This document shows, one piece after another, positions 37,201 to 48,470 of a DNA stretch of 64,000 nucleotides. Source of the DNA: Bispira polyomma (lineage: Eukaryota); the NCBI GenBank assembly GCA_965649765.1, contig OZ287749.1, forward strand, positions 39,928,001 to 39,992,000. Reading direction: 5' to 3'. Within the stretch, counting starts at the first letter, position 1. Each line of letters starts with the position of its first letter. The translations under genes and the position numbers were made by a program. The notes beneath the pieces were generated by a model that saw only the letters and a program-made list of their open reading frames with translations, was not told the DNA's origin and did not search any database.

Positions 37201-38064
37201 GTGCCCTGGCAAAACGCTTGAGTTTGAGCCTACACCTGAATAAAAGATAAATCGGGATGAAATTTCAAATAATTTATAGGAATAATAAAAAGATAGGTTA
37301 TAATTAGGTTACAATTAGACTCAATTGGCCCTAATTGATTGACCATGCCACCGATATTCGCCCCTGCTCACAAACATGTTTGAAAACCTCTGCGACCTCT
37401 GCAATTGGAAACAATAAGTCGTTGGAACCCTGACCTTCCTGATAATTGCCCCGATCTTATAATCGTAACGATCTGGGTCTATGATCGGCATAGCGGAACA
37501 GGGGTATAATACAACATGCTGTTAATATATCTAGAACATACCTTCATGAAACAATATTTGTCATTATCATAATGTTATAGCATAATGACATTGCACAGAA
37601 GTCAGCATAATATACAAAACTTATAATAAAAAACACTAAAATGCAGACAGCCGTAAATATGAGAATGTTAAAATGCTAATTGTCACCACTTCCACTCTTC
37701 AAGCTTTACTGACAGAACTACAGCATAGTATAAAATGAGTTACACACAACATATCCAATGTATTGAGAATGATCATTCTTCCAATTACAATTCCTTGGCC
37801 TTTTAAATCATACTAGATATATTGGGCCAAGTTTCAAGCAGTGACGCAAAATAAAGCGAGGAAGTGATGCAGAATTAGTAAATTTTTCTATAAATTAATT
37901 GAATTAATAAGCCTCCAATACAAAACAATACATGTTGACATCTCAATGGTTTAGGTTTAAAGTTCCTACCCCTCATTGTCAGTGATGTTGTCTGCTAGGA
38001 TGACTGTCGGTAACAGAGAGCACAACAACACTTCCCACAGTGTGGCCTTGAACCTCTTCATCAT
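12872..38064 (-). CDS. Cys-loop ligand-gated ion channel, nAChR-like non-alpha subunit (8 coding exons, 484 aa; span given, spliced)
   Basis: Manual joining gives one open frame: signal peptide MMKRFKATLWEVLLCSLLPTVILA; EERRLLHDIL; W-x-D-x-x-L-x-W...IWMPDIQLYN; Cys-loop C-ALNLTNFPFDRQK-C; GSW; M1 (YILTLPCVFLSCLTVAVFWLPP), M2, M3, and M4 preceded by DW..LDRIF; TAG at 12874-12872. Intron phases 2,0,2,1,1,1,0 all match. Confidence 0.93.
14046..14490. mobile_element. PIF/Harbinger-type (Tourist-like) MITE
   Basis: About 35-bp TIRs GTGAACGTTTCCATGCAGGAAACTTTTTGAGGCGA / TCGCCTTAAAAAGTTGCCTGCATGGAAACGCTCAC; TTA TSD on both sides; in the last intron. Confidence 0.85.
15553..15665 (-). CDS. Receptor coding exon 7 (M3: VYYCFNIVSIVLAIILSTVVVNF...PLPACILK)
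   Basis: Acceptor ATTGTAG, donor AAG|GTAAAA; lies within ORF 15469..15681. Confidence 0.92.
16174..16260 (-). CDS. Receptor coding exon 6 (M2 and M2-M3 loop: AMNTFGSFMVLLLILVEAAPPTTATVPLLG)
   Basis: 87 nt, phase 1-1; acceptor GCTGTAG, donor TGG|GTAAGT; conserved P-x-T...VPLLG. Not in the ORF track. Confidence 0.92.
17542..19116. repeat. 34-bp minisatellite (about 43 units) made of the exon 5 3' end plus 5' splice site
   Basis: Unit AACTTACCTAGTGAGGTTCTGTCCGGCCTGTGAT; clean from about 17660, degenerate at 17542-17660; the last unit overlaps exon 5. Confidence 0.97.
19091..19345 (-). CDS. Receptor coding exon 5 (loops F/C, M1, M1-M2 linker)
   Basis: SFDLSNW...LILDRKVVFSTYILTLPCVFLSCLTVAVFWLPPHRPDRTSL; acceptor TACTCCAG, donor CTGG|GTGAGT. 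Confidence 0.93.
19615..21078. mobile_element. Foldback/MITE-like element with about 400-450-bp inverted arms, inserted in (TA)n
   Basis: Termini TGTCACAGGCCAAATTAAAATCCAGGCGG / CCGCCTGGATTTTAATTTGGCCTGTGACA; arms at about 19615-20070 and 20690-21078; many palindromic CGCCTAGGCG motifs. Confidence 0.88.
22040..22328. repeat. Degenerate 69-70-bp tandem repeat (about 4 units) anchored on the exon 4 donor
   Basis: GTGATTGGTC.GTGACCCAC-like motif at 22101, 22171, 22240 and 22309. Confidence 0.7.
22329..22525 (-). CDS. Receptor coding exon 4 (Cys-loop and loop B)
   Basis: CALNLTNFPFDRQKC and GSWLY; acceptor GCTTACAG, donor AGAG|GTGGGT in phase 1. Confidence 0.93.
22522..23117. repeat. 36/38-bp minisatellite (about 16 units) made of the exon 4 3' splice site
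   Basis: Unit TGGGCCTCTGTAAGTATATGGACATGTGTACAAATGTT; on the sense strand it reads ...CATATACTTACAG|AGGC versus the real acceptor CATATGCTTACAG|AGGC. Confidence 0.95.
24535..24680. repeat. About 27-bp minisatellite (GCATGAAATAAGACACCTTGCAAAGGA-like, about 5 units)
   Basis: Direct inspection; explains the repetitive ORF 24435..24746. Confidence 0.7.
27203..27312 (-). CDS. Receptor coding exon 3 (MWVDEFLRWDPHQYGGVDKLRIDPSFIWMPDIQLYNT)
   Basis: 110-nt exon with the WxPD/LYN (loop A) motif; acceptor TACTAACAG, donor AC|GTGAGT. Not in the ORF track. Confidence 0.95.
28062..28248 (-). CDS. Receptor coding exon 2 (N-terminal helix to loop D: SSEERRLLHDIL...LSVWTRY)
   Basis: Acceptor TGTTTTACAG, donor TAT|GTGAGT; lies within ORF 28008..28298. 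Confidence 0.92.
28318..28554 (+). mobile_element. tRNA-derived SINE family A, copy 1
   Basis: GCGGTGGCCTAGTGGTTAG / GAGTTCGAATCC Pol III boxes; 15-bp TSD TCGTAGCACTATCCA (28303-28317, 28555-28569). Confidence 0.92.
30511..30812 (+). mobile_element. tRNA-derived SINE with a CORE-like middle; related copy at about 53790-54055 (-), degenerate copy at about 34090-34290
   Basis: GTGGTCTAGTGGTTAG...GTTCGATCC, CTGCAGGCCTGGAGATTGTA..CTTGGACAAGGTA...CCAGGTGTATA shared with the reverse complement at 53970-54055. Confidence 0.7.
32502..33490 (+). mobile_element. Solo LTR (989 bp)
   Basis: TGTTAC...GTAACA inverted termini; 5-bp TSD ATACC (32497-32501, 33491-33495); TATATAAG at about 32910 and AATAAA at about 33398; internal duplication in the 5' part. 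Confidence 0.85.
35782..37221 (+). pseudogene. PIF/Harbinger DDE transposase pseudogene (element extends roughly 35240-37505)
   Basis: FWIKPWL, KIAITLRHLAT..SY.SL, GAIDSKYI, KGYHSIIVLALVD, FILGDDAFAL..LMKPY, RRVVQNAFGIL; stops and frameshifts; interrupted by a SINE. Confidence 0.88.
35847..36111 (+). mobile_element. SINE family A, copy 2 (nested in the Harbinger transposase)
   Basis: Same head and body as copy 1; (TTCAA)n-like tail; 14-bp TSD GCCTACATGCAAGC (35833-35846, 36112-36125). Confidence 0.92.
37970..38064 (-). CDS. Receptor coding exon 1 (start codon and signal peptide MMKRFKATLWEVLLCSLLPTVILA-DNITDNEG)
   Basis: Acceptor TTTCTTATTTTCAG (AG at 38079-38078), ATG at 38064, hydrophobic core, donor GG|GTAGGA in phase 2, which matches exon 2. 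Not in the ORF track. Confidence 0.8.
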
Positions 38065-39553
38065 CTGCTCACATACACTGAAAATAAGAAACATCTAATA
38101 TAAAGATTTGTATTCTAATTGATACTCACATATTTAGGTTTATTTATCTAGTGTTAAAACAACAACGGTCTCTTGACTGCCCCAAATACAGCCAACTAGA
38201 ACCCATAACTGTCATTCCCCTAATTAAGGACAGATGATGACCATTTATCAATATGACTGTCATTAGAAGTGGTTAGGTATTTATGTGTTCATCAGACGCT
38301 CAGATAAAACCTAGGTCCTCTGCATTCTGAAGTATGTGTGTCATCCGTAAGACCATAGTGGTAGATAAACAACAGTTTTTTGTTAAATACTAAAATGTCC
38401 CTACACATACCAAAGACTAAATATCATACCTTAGTATGTGCTAAAACTACTACATTGGAACAGTATGTCTTTGTCAAAAGATAAGCTGATAAGCTGAGAC
38501 AGTCCAAAACACTGGAACACAAATACAACAGCTTGGATTCTAAAGTCTTGACACACGGTCACATACATCTCTAATCTGGCGATGACTTGTTTGATGTTAG
38601 TTTTTGTTACCTTTATGATCTGTCTTTTATTGATACAAGTATCACAGTTACCTGTAAATGTAACCAATGAGTTCCTGCGAAGTCTTTGTAAGAACTGACA
38701 ACATTGGTAGGTCCAAGTCTTCCAGATGTTATGTGTACACTGGCAAGTATCACTAAAATATCCTAACACTGTGTAATTGCTCCACAGTATGGTACACACT
38801 CAAATAATGCCTCCTAAGTCTACTCGATATAATATGTACACTGGCAAGTATCAGTAAGATATCCTAACACTTTGTAACTGTTATACAGTTTGCTACACAC
38901 TAATAAAGGTGAATTTACAGAAATAGGATATCAGAATATTATACTTCGGGGTTTTATATATGTCATAAATGGTTACAAATTGTAATATAAACTGGCCTGC
39001 ATCTTATCAGACTATGCTCGGCCACCCTTAACTTAAATAGTGTATCATTAAGATCACCCCACCTATTCGGCTAAGGTAACCATAACTTAAGTGTCATAAA
39101 TCACTAAAACTTTGACCTTTATTTAAGGTCACCTTAATTTGTGTATAATAACCTTAAACGTATTGTAATATTCCTTACTGGTGTATAACCTGTATAAAAC
39201 TTAGATATGTAAATTTATTGTAGTATTACTCGTAATAAACACTGATATTCGCAATCTGCTATATTTCTTTCACTGGTGTGCGGGGGACTGATGACAGTGC
39301 TGTGGTTTACATTCACTCACCACAATGTTTGACACATGTGTGTGTACTTATTGTCATCAAATAGAATATAAAAATAATGGCTATTTGAATAACATATTTG
39401 ATAAAAACCGTAAGATAAATAGGTGGAGAGCTGACATCTGGTGAAGCCTAATGCTGTGTTGCCATGCACATGTAAATGTCGCCATACATCACACGTACAC
39501 ATCCAACGTTTTGTTCCTATTACGTCGGAGTGTTTCCATACAATCGTGTACAT

Positions 39554-39844
39554 CAGGGGCGTAGCTACCATTAACGCCAGTACGCCCAGGTGTACCAATT
39601 TAATAACAAGAAATAAAAAAAAAAATAAATAAATAAATTGAAATTTCTTTTTATTCTGTTTGTTTTATTAGTAACATAAATTCTTGTTGTTAAATAAAAT
39701 TTTGTTTGATACCCCAATTAAACCACAATATTATGTTAATGACCCCCTCCCCTCCACGAATTGAATTTTTGGTAGGACAAAAAAGTACTTAATATATTGG
39801 TTTAATTTGGGAGTACCAGATGAAAAATCCTGGCTACTCTCCTG
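39554..39844. mobile_element. Small non-autonomous TIR element (MITE)
   Basis: CAGGGGCGTAGC ... GCTACTCTCCTG imperfect TIRs, flanked by TACAT on both sides. Confidence 0.6.
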
Positions 39845-42800
39845 TACATAAATCAAGTAGTTTTTGACGGAACAGCAAAAGAGCTAAAGTTGTATGAGAT
39901 ATACCTTTGTTCTACTAAAGGTGGGGAACTTAGTACAAAAATTGCAGTTTAAGGCTTAACTGTTCTATAATATAGTTTTAATTGAGCTGACAATTAGAAC
40001 GATAACACTCATGTGTACATGGAAGCCGATAATTTGTATTTATTGCAGTATAAAATGATACTACACTCTTTTTTATAGGAGGAACAGATGTTTTCTTGTT
40101 TTTATGTATATTTGTGGAATATAAAGTAAGCATAATGATTAGATCACTAGAGTCCCATGATTTCATAGCTACGGTTAACTCTGATGCGTAACACAAATTA
40201 TAACACAATAATAGAAAATATAGCAGATTTGTATATGGAAGATTAAACCTTTCTGTAGTTCATTTAGGTGTTGACACAGACAGCAGTGTGCTGCTTCAAT
40301 GGATTTTTTTTTGTCTTATTAAACTAAATCTAGGCTTTCACTCATTATTATTAAAATGTTGAGTTTTCTCCGCATTTCTTAATCCATAATACCCCCATAA
40401 CTAAATCACATACCAATGTTAAAACAACCTATTTGCACTACTTGTGTTCTTAGACTGGAATGTTCACACAAATCCTACTGCACTGTCTTGTTTCACACAT
40501 TCAGAAACAACTGTCACTACTCTTCTATTTAAACTAAATACATAAGATTCAGGGATCACATGACTTCACCCCAGGCAGTTCTCTTTGGTGGGATACATGT
40601 CAGAAGTGAAATTGACTATTTGGTGTGGTCTAGACATACCATTTGACTGGGGGGAAGATGGGCTGTATCTGAGATTTACCCTGGACAAATAAGTACAAAC
40701 TCACACAGGCATCACTTGAGGTTCTTGTCTATAAGTTATGTCACCGTGTGTGGGTGGACATGACAAACCCCACTTAAAGTACTACTTTGATGTATTCCTC
40801 TCTGACTTCAGATGACATCTCTCTATATATGTAAATCAGTATCAATCTGTCTCACCCTAAGGGACATATATATATACCATAGTTTGCATATATACATATG
40901 TATAAGTCATATATTATTCACAAATACAGTCTTTTTATGAAGCATATGTTCTCTGCCCGGTGTGGTTGAAGATATTCACCCCTAATAATTGTCAGATTTA
41001 GCCGTATTAAAAACTACTCTCATACAGAAAGCTAAGTGTCTGGCCCATCTAGTAATTATATAAAAATCTGTACCAATGCAGATAATATTTTCCACATTCT
41101 TGGTGGGAGTTTTTCGTTCGTTTCTAGCAGCTATAAAGCAATATAAAATTGCTAGCTCTATGCTTTGCACACAAAAATTACACCAGCAAATAACCTGTCC
41201 AACAAGCGTCACTCTATAGTCATATTTAAAGTTAAAGGTCCAATTTAATTCAATTGACGAAATATAAGTATATATTTTTTTACATGTACACTATTCTACT
41301 TGGTATTAAATTAATATCAAAAAAGCATGTGTTATTAAAGGTTTCACCGAGGTTTAAGTGATGTTTTCTGAGGAGTACACTTTTAGCTCCAGTGAAGTAA
41401 CGATTATTTCTTTACAACTTGTTTCTGATGAAATTTTACGATTTATGTAAATAGTTTTGAAATTCCTTTGAAATTTTATCAAAAGAATAGTAATGGATGT
41501 ACATTCCACAGGGGATGCAGCAGTACACTTAAATGTCTTTAGAAGCCCCAGTTTCAGGATTTCTTCAAACGATTATCGATAAGCTTTCTTTTGCCTATAT
41601 TCCTAATTTATATATTTGTACAGTAATATATATTTGTGATGAACACTTTAAAATGGCATACACATTTTTGAACATCTGTATTACTGAATTATTTTGATCC
41701 ATTAAGGAAATATCTCAGATTTTATCCATGATTCCACATTTCAGTAACATGTGAGGATATTGCTTATTACCAAATTTCTTGACCAATTAACAAATATTTT
41801 TTCTATCAACAGTTGTTTATGGCTAGAATGACGATTGCAGCATGTTTCTTTTGTAATAAAATTACACAATTGATTAGATTAGATTAGAACAGTCTTCTTA
41901 ATACATACTTTCTTTTTAAATACTCCAGAATCAATATACTCAACATAAACGTAAAATACATACTAATAATCTCCATAAAAATCTTATGTGGGAGTGGTTA
42001 TCAAAAGCTATGTTTTTACAAAGTATACATCACTTGGACATAGATATATCAGATAGCTAGTGACAGATAAAATAAGTATTTGTTGTACATGCGTCAATGT
42101 TTTGTTTTGTAGTAGGTATTCTGAGCTTATTTAATTTCAGACACATTTCACAAACAATACTCTGAAGTTTAAGCAGAAAGCAAGAAAATCTACAAAAGTA
42201 ATTCAGGCTAAATAATCTTGCATCAAGTTATACAAGAGCAGTAGTTATATATTTCAAGGGTCAGTCACCTTTATTATGAATCAAATCAAAGGCCAGACTA
42301 TGAGCACTATATGAGGCGAAAGGTTTATTCTGTCACTACTAATCTCAGAAACTACAGCCTTATTGGCTTGTGAAAGCCAATGGTGGCACAATTCAGGAAG
42401 CCATTTCACATTTTGCAGATGCCATTATATTATGGTGAAAATAAAAACAAATCTTGCCAAGATCTTGCGATAGCTCAATACGACAGGTGCTTCATTGAGC
42501 AGTTATAATGCAACATGGACAAGAATAGTGTTAGGTTCAGTAAGGTGATGAAAATAGCTGACTTTTAAAGTGCTTTCTGGAGGAGTTAACATGTGGACTA
42601 CTTCTATAACAAATAATGGTAAAGAACTCTAAAACTAGGGATTATAGTACATTGGTAAAGTGCTTTTAAGACTTCTATAAATCTGGGAACCTAAAGAAAC
42701 TTAAGCTTTGGACAATTGGTTATTATGACAGTTGTGTAAGAGTTTGGGTGGAACCTTAATGCCATGGTCACACTGAGCATGTTCATGTTTACAGTCGCTT

Positions 42801-43721
42801 CATTTTAAATGTAAGCAAATGGATCTAAACAAAGTGAAAATTCGGGAAAACGTAAGAAAAAAATAAATATATGGGCCATTTTGTACATGTTCTGTATACA
42901 TTTGTGAACTTTGTACACACATTTAACACATTTTAATAGCTGTTTCAATTATGTTTGTATGTTTTAGAATATGTTAGCCACGTTTCTAAACCCGTTTAGA
43001 TCTTGTTCTTATTTTAAATATTATTTGGATGTATAGTTGGTTTTTACTGCTGTCCTTTAAGTGATATACACATTGAATAAGTGTCATATGTTACCCGTGA
43101 ACGCACCAACTGTTTCGCAATATATGGCTCAAATGAACTTAAATTTTGAGCAGCACGCAATTTTGATGTTAACAGGACATGAAGGGACCATGTTACTCAC
43201 GCATGCTTATGTTTACTTAAGTACACTATGTTCACTAGGCAAATGCCTACGTTTCACTTTGGTGTTCTATTTTTAGAGATTTTTTGTGCGAAATCGAAAC
43301 GTGAGACCAGTGTCACCACGGCATAAAATAGAATGGTTGACTAAATTTAAGAATTTTGTTTGTAACTTGTGACAAGTTACTAGAAAGCCTCAGTCACTTT
43401 TTTATAGCCAGACATCATAACTAGTCTTAGTGCTCTGAGGATGTGTATATAGGGGCGTGATGCAGCTGTCACCAACTAGAATAAGATCTCAACAGGGGGT
43501 TGTCTACTTCAAAGTGATAATAAACACCTACCACCCAAGGGCTAAAAGTAAATGGAAGACTAAAACTCCTGATAGCACTGCAAACTTTGTGATTGTCTAT
43601 GCTAAGAAAATATAAAGCTCAAATGTCACTTGAAATGCTTTATATTACAGTTTTAGTACAGCACAAATTTAGAGATTTGGTTATGTGGTTAATACACGTA
43701 TTTACTGTATAGATGTCCTAA

Positions 43722-44281
43722 ACCATCAATTATTGTAATAGGGCTTATACCCAAGAACTTTACCACACAGTCACACATGCTTCTTATGCACAAAGACATA
43801 TCAAACATATATACTAGGTATATATCCGGTTCTTCTCATCTAATGCTAGTAATAACCATTTACCATAAAATACAACAGTTTCTATTGTCGTATAAAAGGT
43901 GGGGGGGGGGGGGGGGGAGATTAATTTTTATCTGAAGCAATCAGCCATCAGGGTTGCGTGGATCATTCAGCTTTTAGAAATGAGGTTATGTTTTGGACCC
44001 AAATCATCTCTGTTAATGTGTCTTAACGGGGGAGATTTGTTCCCAGCAGCGTAATGAAGTCTATCAATTTGCAGTTAAATGCAAAGGCAAGGTAAAAAAT
44101 GGGTGACCTCCCCTTTATACGACCACAAAAACCTATGTTATCGTTTATGACAAATGGTTATTCCATTAGAAGAAATGGATGTCTATGTAGTATATATGTT
44201 TGATGTGTCTTTGTGCATGACAAGCATATGTGACTCTGTGTTGAAGTTCTTCGGTGAAAGCTATATTACAATAATTGGTGG
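43722..44281. mobile_element. Foldback/MITE-like element with about 180-bp diverged inverted arms
   Basis: CAATTATTGTAATA..CACAGTCACA.ATGCTT..TGCACAAAGACA.ATCAAACATATATACTA matches the reverse complement at 44110-44280; a long poly-G tract lies at the inner end of the left arm. Confidence 0.75.
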
Positions 44282-44839
44282 CATATGTTATTATTGGTTA
44301 TATATATGAAATATATGGCCATATGGGGTTAAAACAATATACTGAATTTGAGACACTTTTCTCCAGGTTAGTTAAAATTGTCAGAAAAGAATTCTGTTAC
44401 GTTTGTACCATAAATATCCCCCCCCCCCTCTCCAAATAGGGTTGCTGTTTTTACCTAGCAGCTGTAAAAGAATAAAAAAAATGTTAAAAAGTCATTTAAA
44501 ATGTTGAATTTTTGAGAAAACCGAGACCCCTGCAGTAAATACATCGGTTTTTTTTCACAGATTCACTAATTCACCTGTCAAACTCGCCTTTGAACATTTT
44601 TCAAGCTAAAATGCAATTTCAAATTGTTTATTTAGCTGAGCATATGAAACCCTACTGAAAGTACAAATGCACCCAAATCGTGCTGAAAACTGTGCAGAAT
44701 TACATTTCATTTCCCAGTCACACATGGTTATCTGCCCACCCATACTATGTCAAAAAGAATAATCCATATCGACAATAACTCTGAATAAGACGAATCTGTA
44801 CTGATTTCAAACACCCATACCCACTTGTTAAGATAATAT

Positions 44840-45540
44840 AATAGGAAAAAAGGACACCCAATCCAGTTTGACGACGGACATTATAATAGAGCATCCCAGT
44901 TTAGTCAAGATGACCTACTGCCCCCCAAAAAGGTTAGGGTCAACACCAAAAGCCCTGACCTCATAAAAATTAGATAATTTAAAAGTATTTGAATTTTATC
45001 CCAAAACTGTGAAGAGTTCAATAAAGTATTTCCCAACAAACGATTAATCGGCTTTAGGAGATTACTAAATCTCAAGGATATGCTATGCTCATCCAAGATT
45101 TCTAACCAGCAGGTTAAACAGGTTAAACAACCACTTCCTAAAGTACTGGACTGGGCAAAGTGGATATTGTCCACACATTTAGAACGTCATTTTCTCTTTC
45201 AGCCACTCAAATAGGATTAAAGTCCAATTCACAAATCTCCCCAAACCCCAAGAATTACATGTGAGATATCCAACATCGTATATCTCCTTACATGTAAGTT
45301 GTGTGGATGTCAATACATAGGTGAGACAGGACGTGGCTTCAGGAATAGGATCTGTGGACACCAAATTAGTGTACAGAAACCCAACCCCAGTCACACCTGT
45401 ATCCAGGCACTGACAGCTTTTTAAACCTGGCTTGGTTGGGTTACAATCTCAACCAAGATAGTGCACATACTCGTAAAAGAAAATACATTTTACTAGATTT
45501 GGTTAGCAGTTTGTTTGTTTCCCAGTGCCATTAATCAACA
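44840..45540 (+). mobile_element. Penelope-like element fragment (GIY-YIG endonuclease region)
   Basis: VFPNKRLIGFRRLLNLKDML at about 45026-45086 and ITCEISNIVYLLTCKLCGCQYIGETGRGFRNRICGH at about 45254-45361; decayed. Confidence 0.8.
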
Positions 45541-45960
45541 TGTATAATTGTATTGTAATGTGGATTGTTGATGCAACACATCTTCTAACGAGCAAAAAAC
45601 AGAATCAGTTAACCAATGGAGAAGTCCAAAAATATAGCCAGGGCTATATGAAAGGATGTGGGGGTGTACAAGGAGGGAACGAAGATCAGTTTTAAGCTTT
45701 TTCCTAAAACTAGAAAGTGTTTCAACTAATCTAAGCTCAACAGTGAGACTATTCTATGATATAAGGGCAGCAACAGAGGAAGTTCACGATCCAGCTCCCT
45801 TGGTATAACACTTTCCTAATATTGAACAACCACATCAATAGGAATATTACCTTGAAAGACATGGGGTGACACCGCTGCTAGAAATATTAATCTGACACCC
45901 CTAAGTTTGGACGGGTCAGTTGCTTCCAACCAATACATAAAGGCCATATATATGAGTTCT

Positions 45961-46125
45961 TAGATGGCAGCGACCTTTTCCAAGATGGCAGCGACCTTTT
46001 CCAAGATGGCAGCGCCCTTTTCCAAGATGGCAGCGCCCTTTTCCAAGATGTCAGTGACCTTTTCCAAGATGGCAGCGCCCTTTTCCAAGATGGCAGCACA
46101 CTTTTCCAAGATGGCGGCACCCTTT
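45961..46125. repeat. 21-bp minisatellite TTTTCCAAGATGGCAGCGCCC (about 8 units) within a dispersed repeat
   Basis: Direct inspection; the host repeat ATTAATCTGACACCCC...TTGCTTCCAA also occurs at about 32208, 51387 and 56138. Confidence 0.9.
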
Positions 46126-48309
46126 TTTTCGGGATGAAAACAATATGAGGTTGCACCTGATAAAACACCCACATAACAATTAAACTCCCCTCGGATTATT
46201 TGCAAATAATGTCAACAAAATAATCAACGGAAGGACAAATATGCACATAATGTACGCATCTGCACAGGTGATAGCAAACACATACTATGAATACAATGGA
46301 AAATAAATAAAGGTGTACTAGTGACTACAAGTTGTCTTTAGGGGTCTGGAATGAATTGGCTAGATATATAGTCTTTAATACTCATTTGAGTAAAACTGTC
46401 ATTTATACTGACACATGGAAGGGAGGTTTTCCCAGGTCTTTATCTTTACAAAGTAAGTACTACTTGGGCATAGAGAGGGCTGGGAATTAGTAACTGATAA
46501 AGTAATTTAGTCACACACCAAGCAGAAGGAAACAGTTGAATAAGATGGAGGTATGTTGGGAAAGATAAAGTGAGCATGGGAAATACTGAGATTTTGCATT
46601 ACCATTTATTCTACATAATGTACAATAATACACAGGATAAAGACCATATGTAACTGCAAAAATGGCAGAATTATAAGTACACAATCTATTTTTTTCTTTT
46701 CAGCATTACTATTTAAAGATAAAGAGGGAGATTATTCGTAGACTAAATTAAAGCCCACTGATCAGGATTTGCTAGATGTAACGAATACTGCTGAATATTT
46801 GAGACTGCGCCATAATACATTAAAGTACATATTAACATTTTCGGTAACATATACGTCCTAACTGCTGACAACTATTGCACTAGAAACCTGTTATCAAAGT
46901 GTAGTTATACAGTCCAATACTGTATGGGTTTAGAATTATTACCAGTGTAATGTCCCTTCAAAACCTCAGTATTATATCACAACTAGCAGGTGGAGTTTGT
47001 AGGTGGTGTAAAGCAGTAATTGTAAACTACCGGCCTTCAGCAGGCAACAATACACTATAATTATGAACCCCAATAAGTTTAACTTGGCAACAAAGTGTAA
47101 CTACAATAATGCCTCGGTCACACATTCAAGGCTAGCCCCGCGTTACAGTTACATTACTTAATCCGACCTAATCCGAGGACCTCTTTATATTTGTTAGGCA
47201 ATAACATGTTCACAACTTGCTCAATGATGTTATTCCCGAATGGTCATGATGGTGTAACCATGAGTGAAACCGGGGGCCTTCTGGACCAGACTAACTCACT
47301 TAGCAAATATGCCATGTGAGAATGACGTTTGTGGTTGGAGGGGATTATATCAAGAGAAATAGCCACCAAAAGTACCCAGACATGTCACGTGAGACTGACG
47401 TAGTAGTGTGAAGAGTTTTTTTTCAACAGGGACGTTGACCAAAAAGTTCCCAGGCAGGTCATATGATGGCAGAAATATTAGAGAACTGAGGATTTTGTAA
47501 GTTAGCCTTCACACAATGGTTTGGATGATTCTATGAGGTGCATAAACACAGAGGGATCAACATGAGTAAAGGGAAACTTATTTTAGGAAAAAAAACACAT
47601 CATTAGGTGAGAGAATAAAAAGGGGAACTGTAAGTTTAAAGTTGTGCTAATGCATCAAAAATTCCAGTCTACATTACACCTAGACATTAACCTTGTCTCC
47701 CCCATTTAGATTCTATGTGATTCAGTTAATAAAAATATGTACTGAACAAATTAACTGTTCAATGAGAACTGTTCAAAGAATAGGACACACAGACAGCTTT
47801 ATTTACATCAAGACTTGCAGGCAGTGGTGCTTCCACAAAGGTAACAAAGAAAATTACCCGGTACGTCACTGGGCTTTTTAATGAAGAGATTCTTTGTACT
47901 GGAGGTGAAATATTAAAAGTGAACTACTTCCACTGACCAGAGTTGTAACTAAACCAGTTTGTAGACTTTGCACAGACAAAATTCGCCAAAAACCCAACAA
48001 AAATATCTTCGTCCAACAGACAAAAATGTGATTTAAAAGTCACTGCTACTGTTCATGGGGACAAAAAGTCAATTTTGTGAGCATGGCTTGTGTCAAAAAT
48101 CTAAGACTAATCTGAATGACATACTGCTAGCTACCACTCAGTAGAGCATAAACCTCTGTTATGGGGAACTAAAAATTGGAAAGGGTCTTTGCTTAAGCCA
48201 AAGACCTACAACCATCAAAAAGTAGATGAATGGTGTATTTCACCAAAATAATGATTTTTTTTTGATGAAGTATAAATAAAATACACATTAATTACTCAAC
48301 ACTTACTTC

Positions 48310-48470
48310 ACTTCATCTAGATCTACATCAATTTACTGGTGTCTTCCTTGGTCCATGTCCTAACCCTCCACAAAGTTTGGTCAAAACCAGTTCAGTTGTT
48401 TTTCTGTAAACCAACAAACAAACAAACCGATAAACAAAGGCCGAAAAATAACCTTCTTGGCGGAGGTAAA
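48310..48470. mobile_element. Possible Helentron/DINE-like non-autonomous element end; a related end at about 60080-60280
   Basis: (AAAC)n followed by AACCTTCTTGGCGGAGGTAA stem-loop; CCTTGGCGTAGGT..GCTCT...TTCTAGTT at 60240-60280. Classified by resemblance only. Confidence 0.4.

Noticed and set aside
38981-39290. Possible LTR (TGTAAT...AATAAA...TTCA) followed by a PBS-like TGGTG
   Set aside because: No TSD, second LTR or internal coding sequence found.
45887-46205. ORFs with AAILEKG / LPSWKR repeats
   Set aside because: Products of the 21-bp minisatellite; no splice or homology support.
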